A DNA stretch of 63,187 nt, counting the filler, from Hyphochytrium catenoides (Eukaryota; Protista; Hyphochytriomycota): the NCBI GenBank assembly GCA_900088475.1. It is 6 parts of 6 records of this genome, joined end to end, with 100 filler letters (N's around TTAATTAATTAA, not from the genome) between each part and the next. Parts side by side here need not be neighbours in the genome. Positions count along the whole stretch, not along the records: positions 1 to 30,845 come from FLMG01003195.1; positions 30,946 to 47,173 come from FLMG01004447.1; 4 more parts are not named here. One strand, given 5' to 3'. The notes under the pieces are model-generated. The model was not told the DNA's origin and searched no databases. It saw only the letters and a program-made list of their open reading frames with translations. Position 1 is the stretch's first letter. Each line of letters starts with the position of its first letter. The position numbers were made by a program, and so were the translations under genes. This document shows, piece by piece, positions 28,119-40,814 of this stretch.

Positions 28119-29022
28119 GCTGCAAAGGAGAGGATGCAGGACATCGGGCAGTTTGTTGTCTTTGGTAAATCTCCTCTCTCTCTGTTGCGTATGAACAACC
28201 CATTCTTAACGTTCACTTTTATGTCTCTATGGCCCTAGTCGGACTGCTCTCTTTCTTTCTCTCCTCTCTCTCTGTTCTCTCTCTCTCGCGCGCGCGCCCG
28301 AACGCGCGTGACTAAGGACACAGGCGATACTCTATTATCTAGTGATAGAGGTACGAGGAGAGAAGAGAAGAGAAGAGGATAAAGGGGCAAGAGAGAGAAG
28401 AAAGGATGGCGCAGAGAGAAGAGGAGAGTCAAGAGACCTCACGTGTGATGTGGGCTCCAGCCTTATTCAGCCCATCGAGTGCAGTTCCAGTTCCGGACAA
28501 GTAGGACAGAGACGAGAAAGAAGTGCTCTCTATCGGCTCAATGTCTTCACCTTCCTCTTGACTCACTTCTTCTCTCCTCTCTTCTCAATTTTTCTGTTCT
28601 GTTTGCCACCATCGTCTCTTCCTCCATTCATTGCTAGAAGGTTTCCTCTTCTCTATGATTGTCCTCTTTCCGTCCTTAGTCCNNNNNNNNNNNNNNNNNN
28701 NNNNNNNNNNNNTCCCGTCTCACTATATACTCTCCTCTGTCTTGTTCTCTTCCTTAACTGCTCCTCTGTTTATCTTCAACAGGCAAAAGACATTGAATCA
28801 GCTCCAGGAGCTAGAACTTCTAAGAGCTGCCATTCTTCGGAATGCGAAAGGAAGCCCTATCGGAAAACAGAGTAGCCCTCGGGAGAGACAGAGAGAAAAA
28901 GAAAGAGAGAAGGGCGGAAAGAGTGATGCCATTGTCCTTCCTGACCTCGTCTTCACATCCTGGCCGGCCACTCCTTCCAAGGTTACCTGCTCGTGAAGTG
29001 CTGCTCGTTTCTTTTCTTTATG

Positions 29023-29087
<65 letters not shown>

Positions 29088-30845
29088 GTGTGTGTCGCTG
29101 TTTCAAGCTGTCTCCTTTTCTCCTAGAACGGATTGCTGGCTCTCAATAATTCTCATTCTTGGCCTCTCTCACACAAATTTTCTCTCTCTATCTCTCTTTC
29201 TCTCTTTCTTTCTCTCTCTCTCTCTCTTTCTCTCTCGCCTGTCTCTCTCTCTCTGCGCCTATCTTCCACTTGGAACGACCTAGTCATCTGCGCCTAGTAC
29301 TGGGAACTACACTGAGTGCGATGACTGCGGTGATGAGGTTCTGGTCAGAGAGCTGCAGGAACACAAGGTTCTTCTGCTCTGCATCTTTCCTTCCTTGCTC
29401 TCTCTCACTATCTTTGTCTTTATCCCTTGATCCAGAGGTTTCAATTCTCTGTTATATGTTTCTTTCCTGCTCTGAAGCCCTATCTCTTCCTATTAGCCAC
29501 GGTCTCTAATTCTCCTGTATCGGCCTGTAGTTCTCTCTCTCNNNNNNNNNNNNNNNNNNNNNNNNNNNNNNNNNNNNNNNNNNNNNNNNNNNNNNNNNNN
29601 NNNNNNNTCTCTCTCTCTCTCTCTCTCTCTCCTTCTTCTCGCTCTCTTACGTTCTCTTGGCAGAACTTCGGTATGGCCCCACCTTGCTTCTAACATTTTT
29701 CGTGCTCTACCTTCCCTCATCCCGCTACCTTCCCTACAGAAAAGCAGCTGTAGGCGAAGGCTGGTGAAGTGCCGCTGGCCAGGATGTAAGACGATGGTAG
29801 AATGGCAGGACAGAGAGGAGCACGAGAAGAAAGAGTGCAGTCGAGCTCAGAAGAGAGACGCTGCAATCGAGAGCTATAAAGAGAAACACACCGCCGGTGA
29901 GATAGAAACACCGGGGGAGAGAGAGAGGCAGAGGGCAGACCCAAGAGAGACGGAACCTGTCCCAGCCAGCCCAACAGCTTATTGCCTCTTTCCTCTCAGC
30001 TCCGTTCAAGTCGCTGCACTGGGCCTTTTCTCCTCCTCTCTCTATCTCTGTATCCCTTTCTCTTTCTCTCTCTCTCTTGCCTTTACCCTTTCCTCCGAGT
30101 CTTCTCTATCGCTCTCCCTCTTCCCCATCTCTCGTTCTGTCTCTCTCCGTCTCGGTCCCTTTCTCTCTCTAAAAAACATTCCCCGTCTCTCATATATCTC
30201 TCCGTTAATCATGCTTCTGACCACTCTGTCTCCAATATCTCCGTAAATTCTTCCGCTTGCTCGCTCGCATTCATACTTCTCCTTATCTCTCTCTTCCAAT
30301 CTCTGGCTCTTACACTCTCTCCCTCTCTCTTCTCTCTAACAGTCACGTGCCCGGAATGTGGTGTGGCCATTCTTTCGAAAGACCGAGAGAGCCATCTTCT
30401 TTACTCTTGTCAGAACATTTCCGCCCCATGCCGCCTCGCGTCAATGGGCTGTAAGGCTATTTTTCCAAGGAGGGATCAGGAGGTAAGCTCTCTCTTTTCT
30501 TTTCTCTCTCTCTTTGTATGCCCCTCTCTCTCTCTCTGCTGCTGTCTCTGTTCATGTTTCTAAAGCGGGAAGACCGCTTTAGCCATTGTCTCTACTGAGA
30601 TGACTTCCTCTGCTCTAAATCCTAAATCTGTCACTCCTCTATTTTCTCCCTCTCTCTTCCCTCTCTCTCTCTCATACACACACAGCGCACATCTCGCCTC
30701 TCCAAGTCTCTTTCGCTCGCTCTCATCCTTTCGCCTCTCTCTCTCCGTCTCACTATGTATTCTTTTAACACAGGGGTATCTGACATACTCATTTCTTGAT
30801 GTCCTCTGTCTCTCTTCATGATTAGTGTCTCCTCTTCCAGGTATC
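28119..30845 (+). CDS. TRAF-type zinc-finger repeat protein (partial; truncated at scaffold end)
   Basis: Spliced exons give ECDDCGDEVLVRELQEHK|KSSCRRRLVKCRWPGCKTMVEWQDREEHEKKEC and CPECGVAILSKDRESHLLYSCQNISAPCRLASMGC, matching TRAF finger spacing. Confidence 0.75.
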
Positions 30846-30945
30846 NNNNNNNNNNNNNNNNNNNNNNNNNNNNNNNNNNNNNNNNNNNNTTAATTAATTA
30901 ANNNNNNNNNNNNNNNNNNNNNNNNNNNNNNNNNNNNNNNNNNNN
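30846..30945. other. Artificial scaffold linker
   Basis: N44-TTAATTAATTAA-N44; stop codons in all six frames. Confidence 0.95.
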
Positions 30946-31004
30946 GGGCCGTAGAATTGCAAGTTCCATCATGAGAATTTCGGAGAATAGGCTTCCACGT
31001 TAGA

Positions 31005-31640
31005 GTTACTTACTGTACTTACTGTACCTGCAGTACATTTTTTTTAGAAATTATAAGTTAGATACTTATATTACGGTATTGGGAGTGGGGTATCCTAGTT
31101 CTACAGTTGTAGTTCTACTGACGCCTCTATCCCATAGCAAGTAATGAATGTGGATTGTTCTACCGACCCAAACAGTTACTGTTTTATTTGCAACTAGATA
31201 TATGAATATAAGTAGAAAGTACTTGTAGAGGACACAAGGCTAGAGCTTCCTGCCTGCGTCCGTTATGCTTCTCCATTATAATAATTACTTGCTGTACTGA
31301 CAGTACCCGCAATACTTATAGAACTAGGAAGGTAGGTACTTAGTACTTACATTACAGTATCCGGTATTGTATTGAGTTTGGGTACAGTTCTACAGAGGCC
31401 AACCCCAGTAGTAATATAGCAAATAACAAATATAGAACTACTGGCCCTAATTGTCCTCAATTATGAATAAGTAGACGGGACTTGTAGAGAAACACAAGGC
31501 AAGAGCTTTTCCCTGCGTTTATGCTTCGCTGTTATATTTACTAACTGTACTTACCGTACCTGCACTACTTACTGTACTTGCAGAGCCTTCCTTTGTACTG
31601 GTAGCCGTTATCCCCAGTAGTACATAAGTGCACTATTGAC
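31005..31640. repeat. Degenerate AT-rich tandem repeat, ~260-bp period
   Basis: TATGAATA..AGTAGA..ACTTGTAGAG..ACACAAGGC.AGAGCTT..CCTGCGT..TTATGCTTC at ~31201 and ~31462; partial third copy (ACTGTACTTACTGTACCTGCA) at ~31012. Confidence 0.7.
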
Positions 31641-32111
31641 AGTAAATAACGGATGAGTGAAGAGACAGAGTAGGACGGTCGCTGAGACGAAGATGAAGAG
31701 GCGCAATGGGCCAGGAGAAAGCGGAAGCAGAAGAAGAAGAAGAAGAAGAAGAGAGACAGAGCAGATGTTTTCAAGCGGTAGAAAGGTGCTTGCGGGCCCA
31801 AGGAGAACGAGGAGTTGCCATCATCATCGTCGATCGCCACGTAGATAGAGAAGGCGCGACATCAGCGAGACACGGCGGCGAGCTGTCTCATTATTGCTAA
31901 GAAAGTTACTGCTGCCACTGGTGGTACTATCATTGGCGAGTCATGGCTGGCCCGAACACATCCTACGGACAGCCCAGTTCTCCTGCCCGTCAACTTCGTA
32001 ATAAGAATGCAGCCGGGGAAAAGACACCATCGTTGAAGTCTTCGGGCTCCTCCGCCTAGGATCTGACGACCAAAGAGCCACAGGGACAACTGCTAAACGT
32101 ATCCCTAGCCG

Positions 32112-35100
32112 ATGTCAGAGGACAACGGACAGCCACCGCGAATTTCTTGGGACGCTTGGGCCAGAGGAAGAAGAATGAATGCAAAGAAGTCCACATTCGA
32201 AACTCATCAACAGAGTCCCGCTGTGACTAATAACAGAAAACGTGGAAAGAGTAGTACCATGGCTTGTCTTATCGCTGTGTCCTTCGCTGTTCTGGTTATA
32301 ATGTTCTGCTACTCTGCCTATGAAGTGCCTACGCTGCCCTCTTCGCTCGGCAAGCCCAACAACGCTAATGATAAGCAGGAGAAAGTGATGACATCTCCAC
32401 TAAGGTGCCAGTCAGTGCTCTCTTTAGCCCACTGTTGGGAGGCCCTTATCCGCGATTTTATCCCACTCGTACCTTTGCCTAGAGCTGAAGCTGCTCTCAG
32501 CTGGAGGCCGTCAGGTCAGTATCCTTAGCGATTGGCTTGTGTCAGTCAAAGCGCCTCATGAGTCTAACATCTAGCCACTCAGTAGGGCAAAAAGTGAGGC
32601 AATTTGGAAGAAATCGACTCTCTGTTGGCTGGGTGCATCAGCACCAGGCTGCCATAAGAGAAACAGCTCAGCTTAGTGATGACGGTAGCCAGGGAGATAG
32701 AAGCTACCTAGTATGCAGTGTAAGGCCAAGCCACCTGACAGGGAGTCCCAGCCATAGAGTCTGCACCAGCAGGGTACCAATATTGACTCCCACTTCCACT
32801 CCTCCTCCGTCTCTAGTCCCAACTCTCGCTCCTTCGACGCCTCCTCCGTCGCCCCCAGTTCCAACTACCGCTCCCACGACGCCTTCTCAGTCGCCCCCAG
32901 TTCCAACTACCACTCCCACGACGCCTTCTCCTATCCCAGTCCCAACTCCCGCTCCCACAGAGCCTGCATGGTGCCCTTTAGCCTCTTTGATTGCCTCTCA
33001 AAGCAATAACTCTGGGCTCTCAGCCTGGGGACAGTTCGCCCAGCCCGTCACTGCCCAACAGCCTATCTTCCGAGCCAGTGGCGGCTATAATGGCTGTCCT
33101 TACATCTCCTTCAACAGTGAGAACAAACACTTCCTGGAGACACCAGCCACCGTGAGCTTGCCTCTTGCCACCAAGGGCGGATTCACTGCCTTCATGCTTG
33201 TGCGCTTCACCTCCAGTACGCCTGTCTATGATGAACACCTGTTCAGTGTAGGGAGCAGTGTCTATGGAAGAGCCTGGAACTGGACGATCAACCTCCGACG
33301 CTATGGCAACTCCAGCCACCTCGCTTCAGACTATCAGAACCTGAACGGTCGAGTCCTTACTCTGATCACTGAACCTGGTCCTACACTCTCTCGGCAATGG
33401 ACAGTCTTGGCCCTCAGATATTCGACAACGACGGTGGGCGCAGAGATCATCAAGGATGGCCTCAGCATTGGCTTCTCTATTGCTTACCTAACCTTCACCG
33501 ACTTGTCAAACGGCTGGTTTAGGCTTGGGTCGGCGCACCTGGCGCAGCAGAGCCATGGCAACTTTGATCTTGGCGCCTTCTACGTCTATGACTTTGCGCT
33601 GTCCAACAGCCAGTTGCTCGCCGTATCGTCCAATCTCACTGCCAGCCTGCCGATAGATACTTCGCTAAGCTCTTCAAGCGGAGGTACTTTCTACATGCTA
33701 CCTCCATTTTACCCTTCTGGTGCCCAACTTGCAGCTTCAGCGCTGACACAGTCCAAGCAGGAGAACGCTACCGCTGTCGTCTCCTGGGAAAGACTGAGCA
33801 GCATCTCCAATGCGTCAGCTCCCATCTTCTACCGCAGCGGCGGGCATCTTAACGGGCCTTATGTCTCCTTCAATCGCATTCTCTCTCTCTGGATGTTTGG
33901 AAGCTCGCGCCTCTATTCCATCGGCACTATGGGCTTCAGCGTCGTGGCCTTGCTCCGGTTAACGGGAACGGCGTTCCCCTTCGAGCGCTTATTCCAACTC
34001 AACGCGGCTGAGACGGGGAACACTAACAATCTAGGGCTGACCCGCTATGGGCAATCTGATGCTCTTGAGTTCACAACGCATGAAGGTGCCCGCGTGGTCA
34101 GTATGCCTGGCGTTGTCGTCCAGAATGAATGGGCGGTCTGGGCTGTGCGCAGCTCTGGAGGATTGAGCGACGAGGTGCTTGAGATAATGAAGAATGGCGT
34201 ATCGGTAGGCCAGTGTTCTTCTCTTTGGTGGCGCTTCCCGCAACGAAGCTACGGCGCCTTCTTCATCGCCCGATCCACCGCCGACCCGTCACTCGCTTTC
34301 TCGACGATGGACATCGCGTCTCTCTACTTTTTTGACTTTGCCCTGACCAACAGCCAGCTTGCGACCATCACTTCTAACCTCTCATTAGGCTTGAACGTCA
34401 CAGCGCCAACCTCCGCTGCAGGTGCTGGGCCTTCAACGCCACTGCCAATCACTTGGTTCCCCTGCATCATGCTGGCGTCCACGCTCTTTGATGCGACCTA
34501 TGCCAACAACTCCTTGGTCAATAGAGTGGTCAACAGCTTTGGCACGGCTCCCGGTACTTTCCCAAGATATTTCAGGAATGGCGGTCTGTCGAACAGGCCT
34601 TACATATCCTTCGCACCTGTCATGTCCTTCTTCACGTCATCCATGACCATCTACCCTGAGACCCACGGCCTGACGATCCTGGTGCTCATGCGCTTCGTTA
34701 ACGCCACGGTAGATGACGACAAGATATTCTCTGGAAGTCTGACGTCTCTTGCCTTTCCTAACAGGAATGGCATCGCTCTCTTCCGCCAGGGCACCTCAGA
34801 TCACCTCGTTTTCCAGGCACACACCAGTTTTGTTGGAGACCTGGACTTCCGCGTTGTCAGTGCCGCTGGTGTCATAGAGCAAGGAGTTTGGGCTGTCTAC
34901 GGCTTCCGCTACTCAGCCGCTACTCGTCGGGCGGAGCTGCTGAAGAATGGCCAGAGTGTCGGCAGTGTCCAGGCTGTACTGACAAATAGAGCGGTCAGCG
35001 TCTGGCGGATTGCAGGGCAGAGCTCTACGACAGGGATGACAAGCTTCGTGATGGATATCAACGCCTTCTACATGTTCAACTTTAGCCTCAGCGACAGTCA

Positions 35101-35920
35101 GCTGGTCCAGATCTCCAGCAACCTCACAGCCAACCTTCCGGTTAATGTCTCTCGTGTGGCTCCTGCGCCATTGGGCAGTGTCACGGTGCTGCCCTACAGT
35201 CCTGAAGCGCTGTATCTGCAGGCGATGAGTCTCAGCAACCTAAGCGATGGCGCTGCCGTCATGAAGTGGAGCAACGTCGCTTCTGCCTCATTGACCAGCA
35301 CGGCGCCTCGCTACGCAAAGCAGGGCGGCTATCTGAACGGGTCATTTGTCTCCTTCAACCGGGCTGCCAAGCAACGATTTTTCGCAGCCTCCAGAGATTT
35401 GAACGTCACAGCGCTGCCTCTCAGCGGTGGACTCACAATCGTGACGCTATTGCGCTTCACCAGTACGGCGGGCAACTCTGAGACCATCTTCGAGGCCGGC
35501 ACGGCGACAGCGGCATCGCCTGACAGCGTGACCTTCAGAAGAAGAGGCAGCAACAGCGCGCTGCAGTTCATTCTTCTCAACGGAGCCAGCGCCATTGTGA
35601 ACAGCAACACCAGCGACGGAGCCATTGTCCAGAACGAATGGGCAACCTTCGCGGCGCGGTATAACCGCAGCAGCGGTCAGGCAGAAGTGTATAAGAACGG
35701 CGTGAGCCTTATCTCTGCCACAGCGTCCGCTCCTCTGACGGACCGGAGCCTGTCCACCTGGCACATCGGCCAGTCAACAACGTCCTCTAATGAAGCGTCC
35801 ATGGACCTCTCGGCCTTCTTCTTCTTTGACTTTGCGCTGACAGATGCTCAGCTGGCGGAGATAGCCACGAACTTGACCTCCGGACTGCCTGTGGAGCCGC
35901 CTGTCAAGCCGTTCGTCTAG
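32112..35920 (+). CDS. Putative type II membrane protein: TM anchor, Pro/Thr stalk, four LamG/concanavalin-A-like repeats
   Basis: The 32112 ORF has a basic N-terminus then CLIAVSFAVLVIMFCYSAY. Short candidate introns link it to the 1127-aa ORF with a PTPSPPVPT stalk and four ~230-aa repeats (GGxxxxxY/FxSF..GxT/SxxxLxRF..WxxxxxR..EIxKNG..DxxAFYxxDFALSxxQL). The fold call is pattern recognition. Confidence 0.75.
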
Positions 35921-36202
35921 CGTAGGAGTCAGTGCTCTGGCTGAAGAGACAGAAAGCTGCTCACTTAGGGAAGTAAAGCGTGATGTTCTTATTGCTCTAG
36001 ACTCTAGCTAGGCTGCTCGAGAAGACGCAGTGATATGTTAATAGAGCTTCTACTTCTCTCTCTCTTTCATCTCAAACAAACAGAGCTCCGACGCTTATCC
36101 TGAGCGCGTTCCTGTGGCCTCTTAATGCGCCTCCCCAGGGAGAGGCAGGAGGACCAGCGAGCGAGCGAGAGAGAGAAAGAGGGAGAGAGACAGAGGGAGA
36201 AC

Positions 36203-36234
<32 letters not shown>

Positions 36235-37461
36235 AGGAAGGGCAGTGCAAGAGAAAAGCGAAGGAGAGAAGAGAGAGAGAACAAAAGAGCAGAGACAAAC
36301 AGAGAGAGAGGTATTAGAGAGGAACAGCAAAGGTTCATTCTCAGAACCAGAAAGGAGGGAGCTTTTCCCAAAGAACTGCTGTCCAGCCAGGCAAGAAAGA
36401 GTCGGAAGTCTGTTGCCTTCGTCATTGCCGCTTGCCAGAAGGAAGAGACGGACATTGTGGAACCTCATGAGCGTCTGAAGTGCCGCGCCTCATCAGCCAC
36501 AAAGGAACAACGACAGTTAAGGTCCAGCCAGCTTGGCCACCGAGGATCAATGGAGTTCTTTGAATGAGGAGGAGAGAGAGACGGGGGAGTCTGTGCCCTT
36601 GAGCAGCTCGTTGCTCTGCTGTGGATTTTTGCTTTACTGTCAGCGTCTCTCACTTCTAAGCATCGGTATAACAAGAAGAAGAAGAAGAGAGACGAAGACG
36701 TGCTTCTCATCTGCTGTTTCCCCTTTCTTCTCATTTCCTTTCTTTATAAGTTTTCTTGTCATTTTTCTCTGTTCTTTATGTTCGCGTTTCTTCAGACGTC
36801 GTTGGAACAGCAATTTGCTCTTTCTGAACAGCAAAAGCGAGGAAGAACAGAGAAGACAGGTCGAGAGAGAAAAGGATCCGTATGCTTTCTCTCTCTGTCT
36901 CTCTCTGAAAGCCTGAGCTAGGTATGCTAGTGACTGCGCTGTTTTTCAAAGGGTACTCGCCATCTTCTTTCTGCTTAGAGCAAAGGAGAACAGGAGAAAA
37001 GGAGAGAGAGAAAGACTTGAAGAGCAAAAGTTGATTAAGAGAGCACAGAGAGAGAGAGAGAGCGAGGGAGAGAGAGAGAGAAACGGACAACAGCGTTACT
37101 CATATAAGGAGATGGAGGAGGAAGTCTAAATGGATATCAGCTTATTTGAGGGCGTTCTCTTTCTTCTCCTCTCTCTCTCTTCTCCTCTTTCTTACTTCTC
37201 CTTTCTCTCTTATCCTCTTTCTTAATTCTCCTCTCTCTCTTTCTTCTTCCTTGTTCTTCTTTCCCTATCTCTATATGTGGCTCTCTCTTTCCTCTGCCAC
37301 ACTGAAGGTAGCAGTTGACAGTCGAAAGCATTAAACATGCGATAGAAAGCACACTATTTTGACGTCTATCTTTCGTTCTGTTGCGCTCATCAAAACGGAC
37401 ATTTCTCCTTGGTCACTGCAAAATTCTTTATGTCTCTTGTGAGACAAACAAGACGTCCCTG

Positions 37462-37507
<46 letters not shown>

Positions 37508-38879
37508 AAGAGAGAGAGATAGCAGTGCTTCCAATGCTGCTGCTGTTCCTCCCGACGACCTTCACCACCGCAGAGCAGCTTTTAATTTTGAAAGAAGACT
37601 ACTGAGCCAGTAAGGCTACCGGTAGGTGTGTCCTTCCTTCGTGCGGCAGTTAGTAGATAGGAGGCCGGGCGGCTGACCCCGTCGCTCATACTCAATAATG
37701 GCCGATACTCTATGTTGCCCGGTCAGCCATACCTGAGCGCTCGGAGACAGGGAAGACAGCTTAAGGATAGCGAAGGCACACCTGAAGAGCTGCACATGAC
37801 GGCGCTGCTGTCATTAAAAAAAATTTGTTTGCTTTATCAGCGGTAGATCATTGCCATAGTGCTCGCGGCAGTTAGAAGCCGAGAAAAGGCGACGATTGTG
37901 ATGCAAGAAGAAGACACACACGGCGGGGGATGAGGGAGAGTGAAAGGTACTCTGCCTTCTTTGCATTGCCTGGCCACGCCTCAGTAGTTCAGAAGAAGCA
38001 CCACGCAGAAGAGGAAGGCAAGGAGCGAGAGAGCCTCTATCGCAAGGAGAGAGTCAGTCTCCCTGAGAATGCAACGGTAGAAACAAGAGCTTGCAAGAAA
38101 GACTGGTTAGAGAACGTTGCTAGCCTAAGGACTTGCAAGGAGGAAGAAAGCAAAGGGAGAAAGGAAGAGGATTGTTGACTCTTCTAGTCAGGAGGCTACT
38201 CGTCCTGAACGTCGTCTCAGGGAGAAGAGGCTGCATCCCATATACCAGCTGATGCTCATCTGTGCCCAGGAGGAATGTGCCTTCTCCTAGCAAGGGAAGT
38301 CCACCTATAAGAAGGGTGCAGTCCGCAGGTTCGCCTCTAGTCAGACAGTTATATAGCTCACGACATCGTTGCTAATGATGACCTACTTTTCCTTCGGATG
38401 CCTGCTGTGTGGCCCAGCCGAACAAACGGCCAGTCAACAATAAGGAAAGGGATGCGGGCTATGGCCGGGCCTATCGCTCCTCGGGACAAGAAGAGAAGGT
38501 CCTCCGGCCTTCGCTGGCAACTCAACCAACAAACGGCCGCGAGCAAAGCTTCCTAAGTCGAACACTTTATAGACTACGGGCAGCGTGCCGACCCATCGTA
38601 AGCGATAGCCAGTCTTCACCTGGGCTCAGGGCGCTGTGTGCTGCTGGCTGAGCCAGAGAATATCATCTCAGTTTGCCCTTCTAATGATCGATCCTCATTC
38701 ATCTTTCTACAATCTACTCTCAACATTGTATGAGTGCTAGCCAAGGTGCTACAGGTAGTGGTGAGGCTTCAAGGGTGGTGGAGCGGTGTCCCTCGTCCGG
38801 GCCATGCATTGCCCTACAATCTCCACACAGGAGTTGCTACTGATTCCCGCCACCGTGTGGCAGGACTGACAAACATTGG

Positions 38880-39912
38880 ACTAGACGCAGACACGACAGG
38901 CCCTCGGCTTGTGCGGCTCAGTATTGGTCACTCTCTTTCTGCCCACGTCCCATCAGCCCGTTGGCTAACCTCTAAACGACGCTCGACCATCTTTTAGAGG
39001 TGTAAAAGGTGAAGCTCGCCGCAGTGTCAGCGTGCAGCCAGCAGAACCGGACGCAGACGACAGACACTAGGCTCATGATGCTCAAGCGTTGGGATATTGG
39101 CCCATCATTCGCTTTCTGCTGCCCGCATCCATCAGCCTGTTGGCTAACCTCTAAACGCAGCTCGACCATCTTGTAGGAGGTGAAGCTGGCAGCAGTGTCA
39201 GCGCGTCACCCAGCACAAACCTGACGCAGTCGACAGACACTAGGCGGCTCAATCTTTGGAATGGGCCCGTCACTCCCTTCCTGCTGCTCGCATCCATCAG
39301 CCCGTTGGCTAAATTCTAAACGCAGCTCGACCTTCTAAGAGGTGAAGCTGGCAGCAGTGTCAGCGCGCCACCAGCAGAACCTGACGCAGACAGACGCTAG
39401 GCTTGTGATGCTCAATCTTTGTGGATGGGCCTATCATTCCCCTTTCTGATGCCCACATCCATAGGCCCGTTGGCTAAGCTCTAAACGGAGCTCGACCTTC
39501 TAAGAGATGAAGCTGACAGCAGTGTCAGCGCGCCACCAGCAGAACCTGACGCAGACAGAGCAGACACTAGGCTCGTGAGGCTCAAACGTTGGGAATGGAC
39601 CCATCATTCCCCTTTCGGCTGCTGCTCGCTTCCATCAGCCCGTTGGCTAACCTCTAAACAGAGCTCGACCAGCTTCCACAAGTAGGAGGTGAAGCTGGCA
39701 GCAGTTGAGCACGTCACCAACGGCACCGTGCCACCAGCAGAAGAAGCGGACGCAGATAGACACTAGGCTCGAGAGGCTCAAGCCTTGTTGAAAATGGGCC
39801 CATCATTCCCTTTCTTCGGCCCGCATCCATCAGCTTGTTGGCTAGCCTCTAAACAGAGCTCGACCAGCTTCTAGAAGGTGAAGCCAGCGGCAGTGTCAGC
39901 GCGCCACCAGCG
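38880..39912. repeat. Tandem array of six ~165-195-bp units
   Basis: Anchor CATCAGCCCGTTGGCTAACCTCTAAAC (variants) at 38951, 39130, 39295, 39460, 39633, 39828; whole units similar, with indels. Confidence 0.93.
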
Positions 39913-40319
39913 AGAAGAGAAGATGGCTCGAACCAGCAGGAGAGGAGCCTGAAGTCCCATGCTTTCTTCGCCGCGTGCGGTCTCTTCTGTTGGTTCGTTG
40001 GGCATCTGGTTGAGCACGCAGAAGACACTGAACAGGGTGTGAGGCTGACGAGACAGAGATAGAGAGAGACAGAAGGAGATTATGGCAGAGAGAGAGAGGA
40101 AGATACAAAGAGAGAGACAGTGAGGCAGAGCGAGTTCTGACAGAGACGAGACAGAGACGGGAGGAGATGAGAGACAGAGAGAGCTGAAAGGATAGAGAGA
40201 GACAGAGAGATAAAGAGATAATACAATGGAAGGGAAAGGCTAAATATATCAAGAGACAGAGCGACGGGGACCTGGTTTAGGACCTACAACCTAGGGCGCC
40301 TATTGGGTTGTCAACCATA

Positions 40320-40720
40320 AGATTCAGCCAATCAAAAGACAGCTTACTCTTTTACAAATATTTAGAACAGCTAGCTCTGTATTTGAATAACAAGAAATTG
40401 ACCAATCAGAAAGAGGTTGCCTTTCCACCCAATCAAATAACGCCGGGAAATATATGAACGAGCCAATCACAGATGAAGATCTTTATTTGGGAAGGTGTAT
40501 CTGCACCCCATTATTTTCTTTTTACCTGATAAGCAAGACTCCAAACCGTTTGTTGATGGAGGGGATAATATAATATGATAGATCCAAACGACCTATGCGT
40601 TCTGTTTTTGCGATTTAGTGTAAGGTTTAATAAATTTATGTATTCAACCAACAAACTAAGAGACTAAGAAAGTAAAGGGCCACCCCAAGACGCTACCTTT
40701 CGGCCAATCAGATGACGTCC
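40320..40720 (+). promoter_or_regulatory. CCAAT-box cluster, probable promoter
   Basis: CCAATCA at 40328, 40402, 40429, 40463, 40704, all in the same orientation, in an AT-rich island; TGACGT at 40713. Confidence 0.55.
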
Positions 40721-40770
40721 CACCTACCTCTGTCTAAGGTCTGTTGAACCATTCTCTCTCTCTCTCTCTT

Positions 40771-40814
<44 letters not shown>

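Noticed and set aside
30890-30901. TTAATTAATTAA palindrome as a biological site
   Set aside because: Always centred in fixed-length N runs; an assembly spacer.
38880-39912. CRISPR, hammerhead or C/D snoRNA reading of the array
   Set aside because: Whole units are homologous (no unique spacers, no cas genes); the minus strand has CTGATGG, not CTGANGA; no consistent RTGATGA box C.
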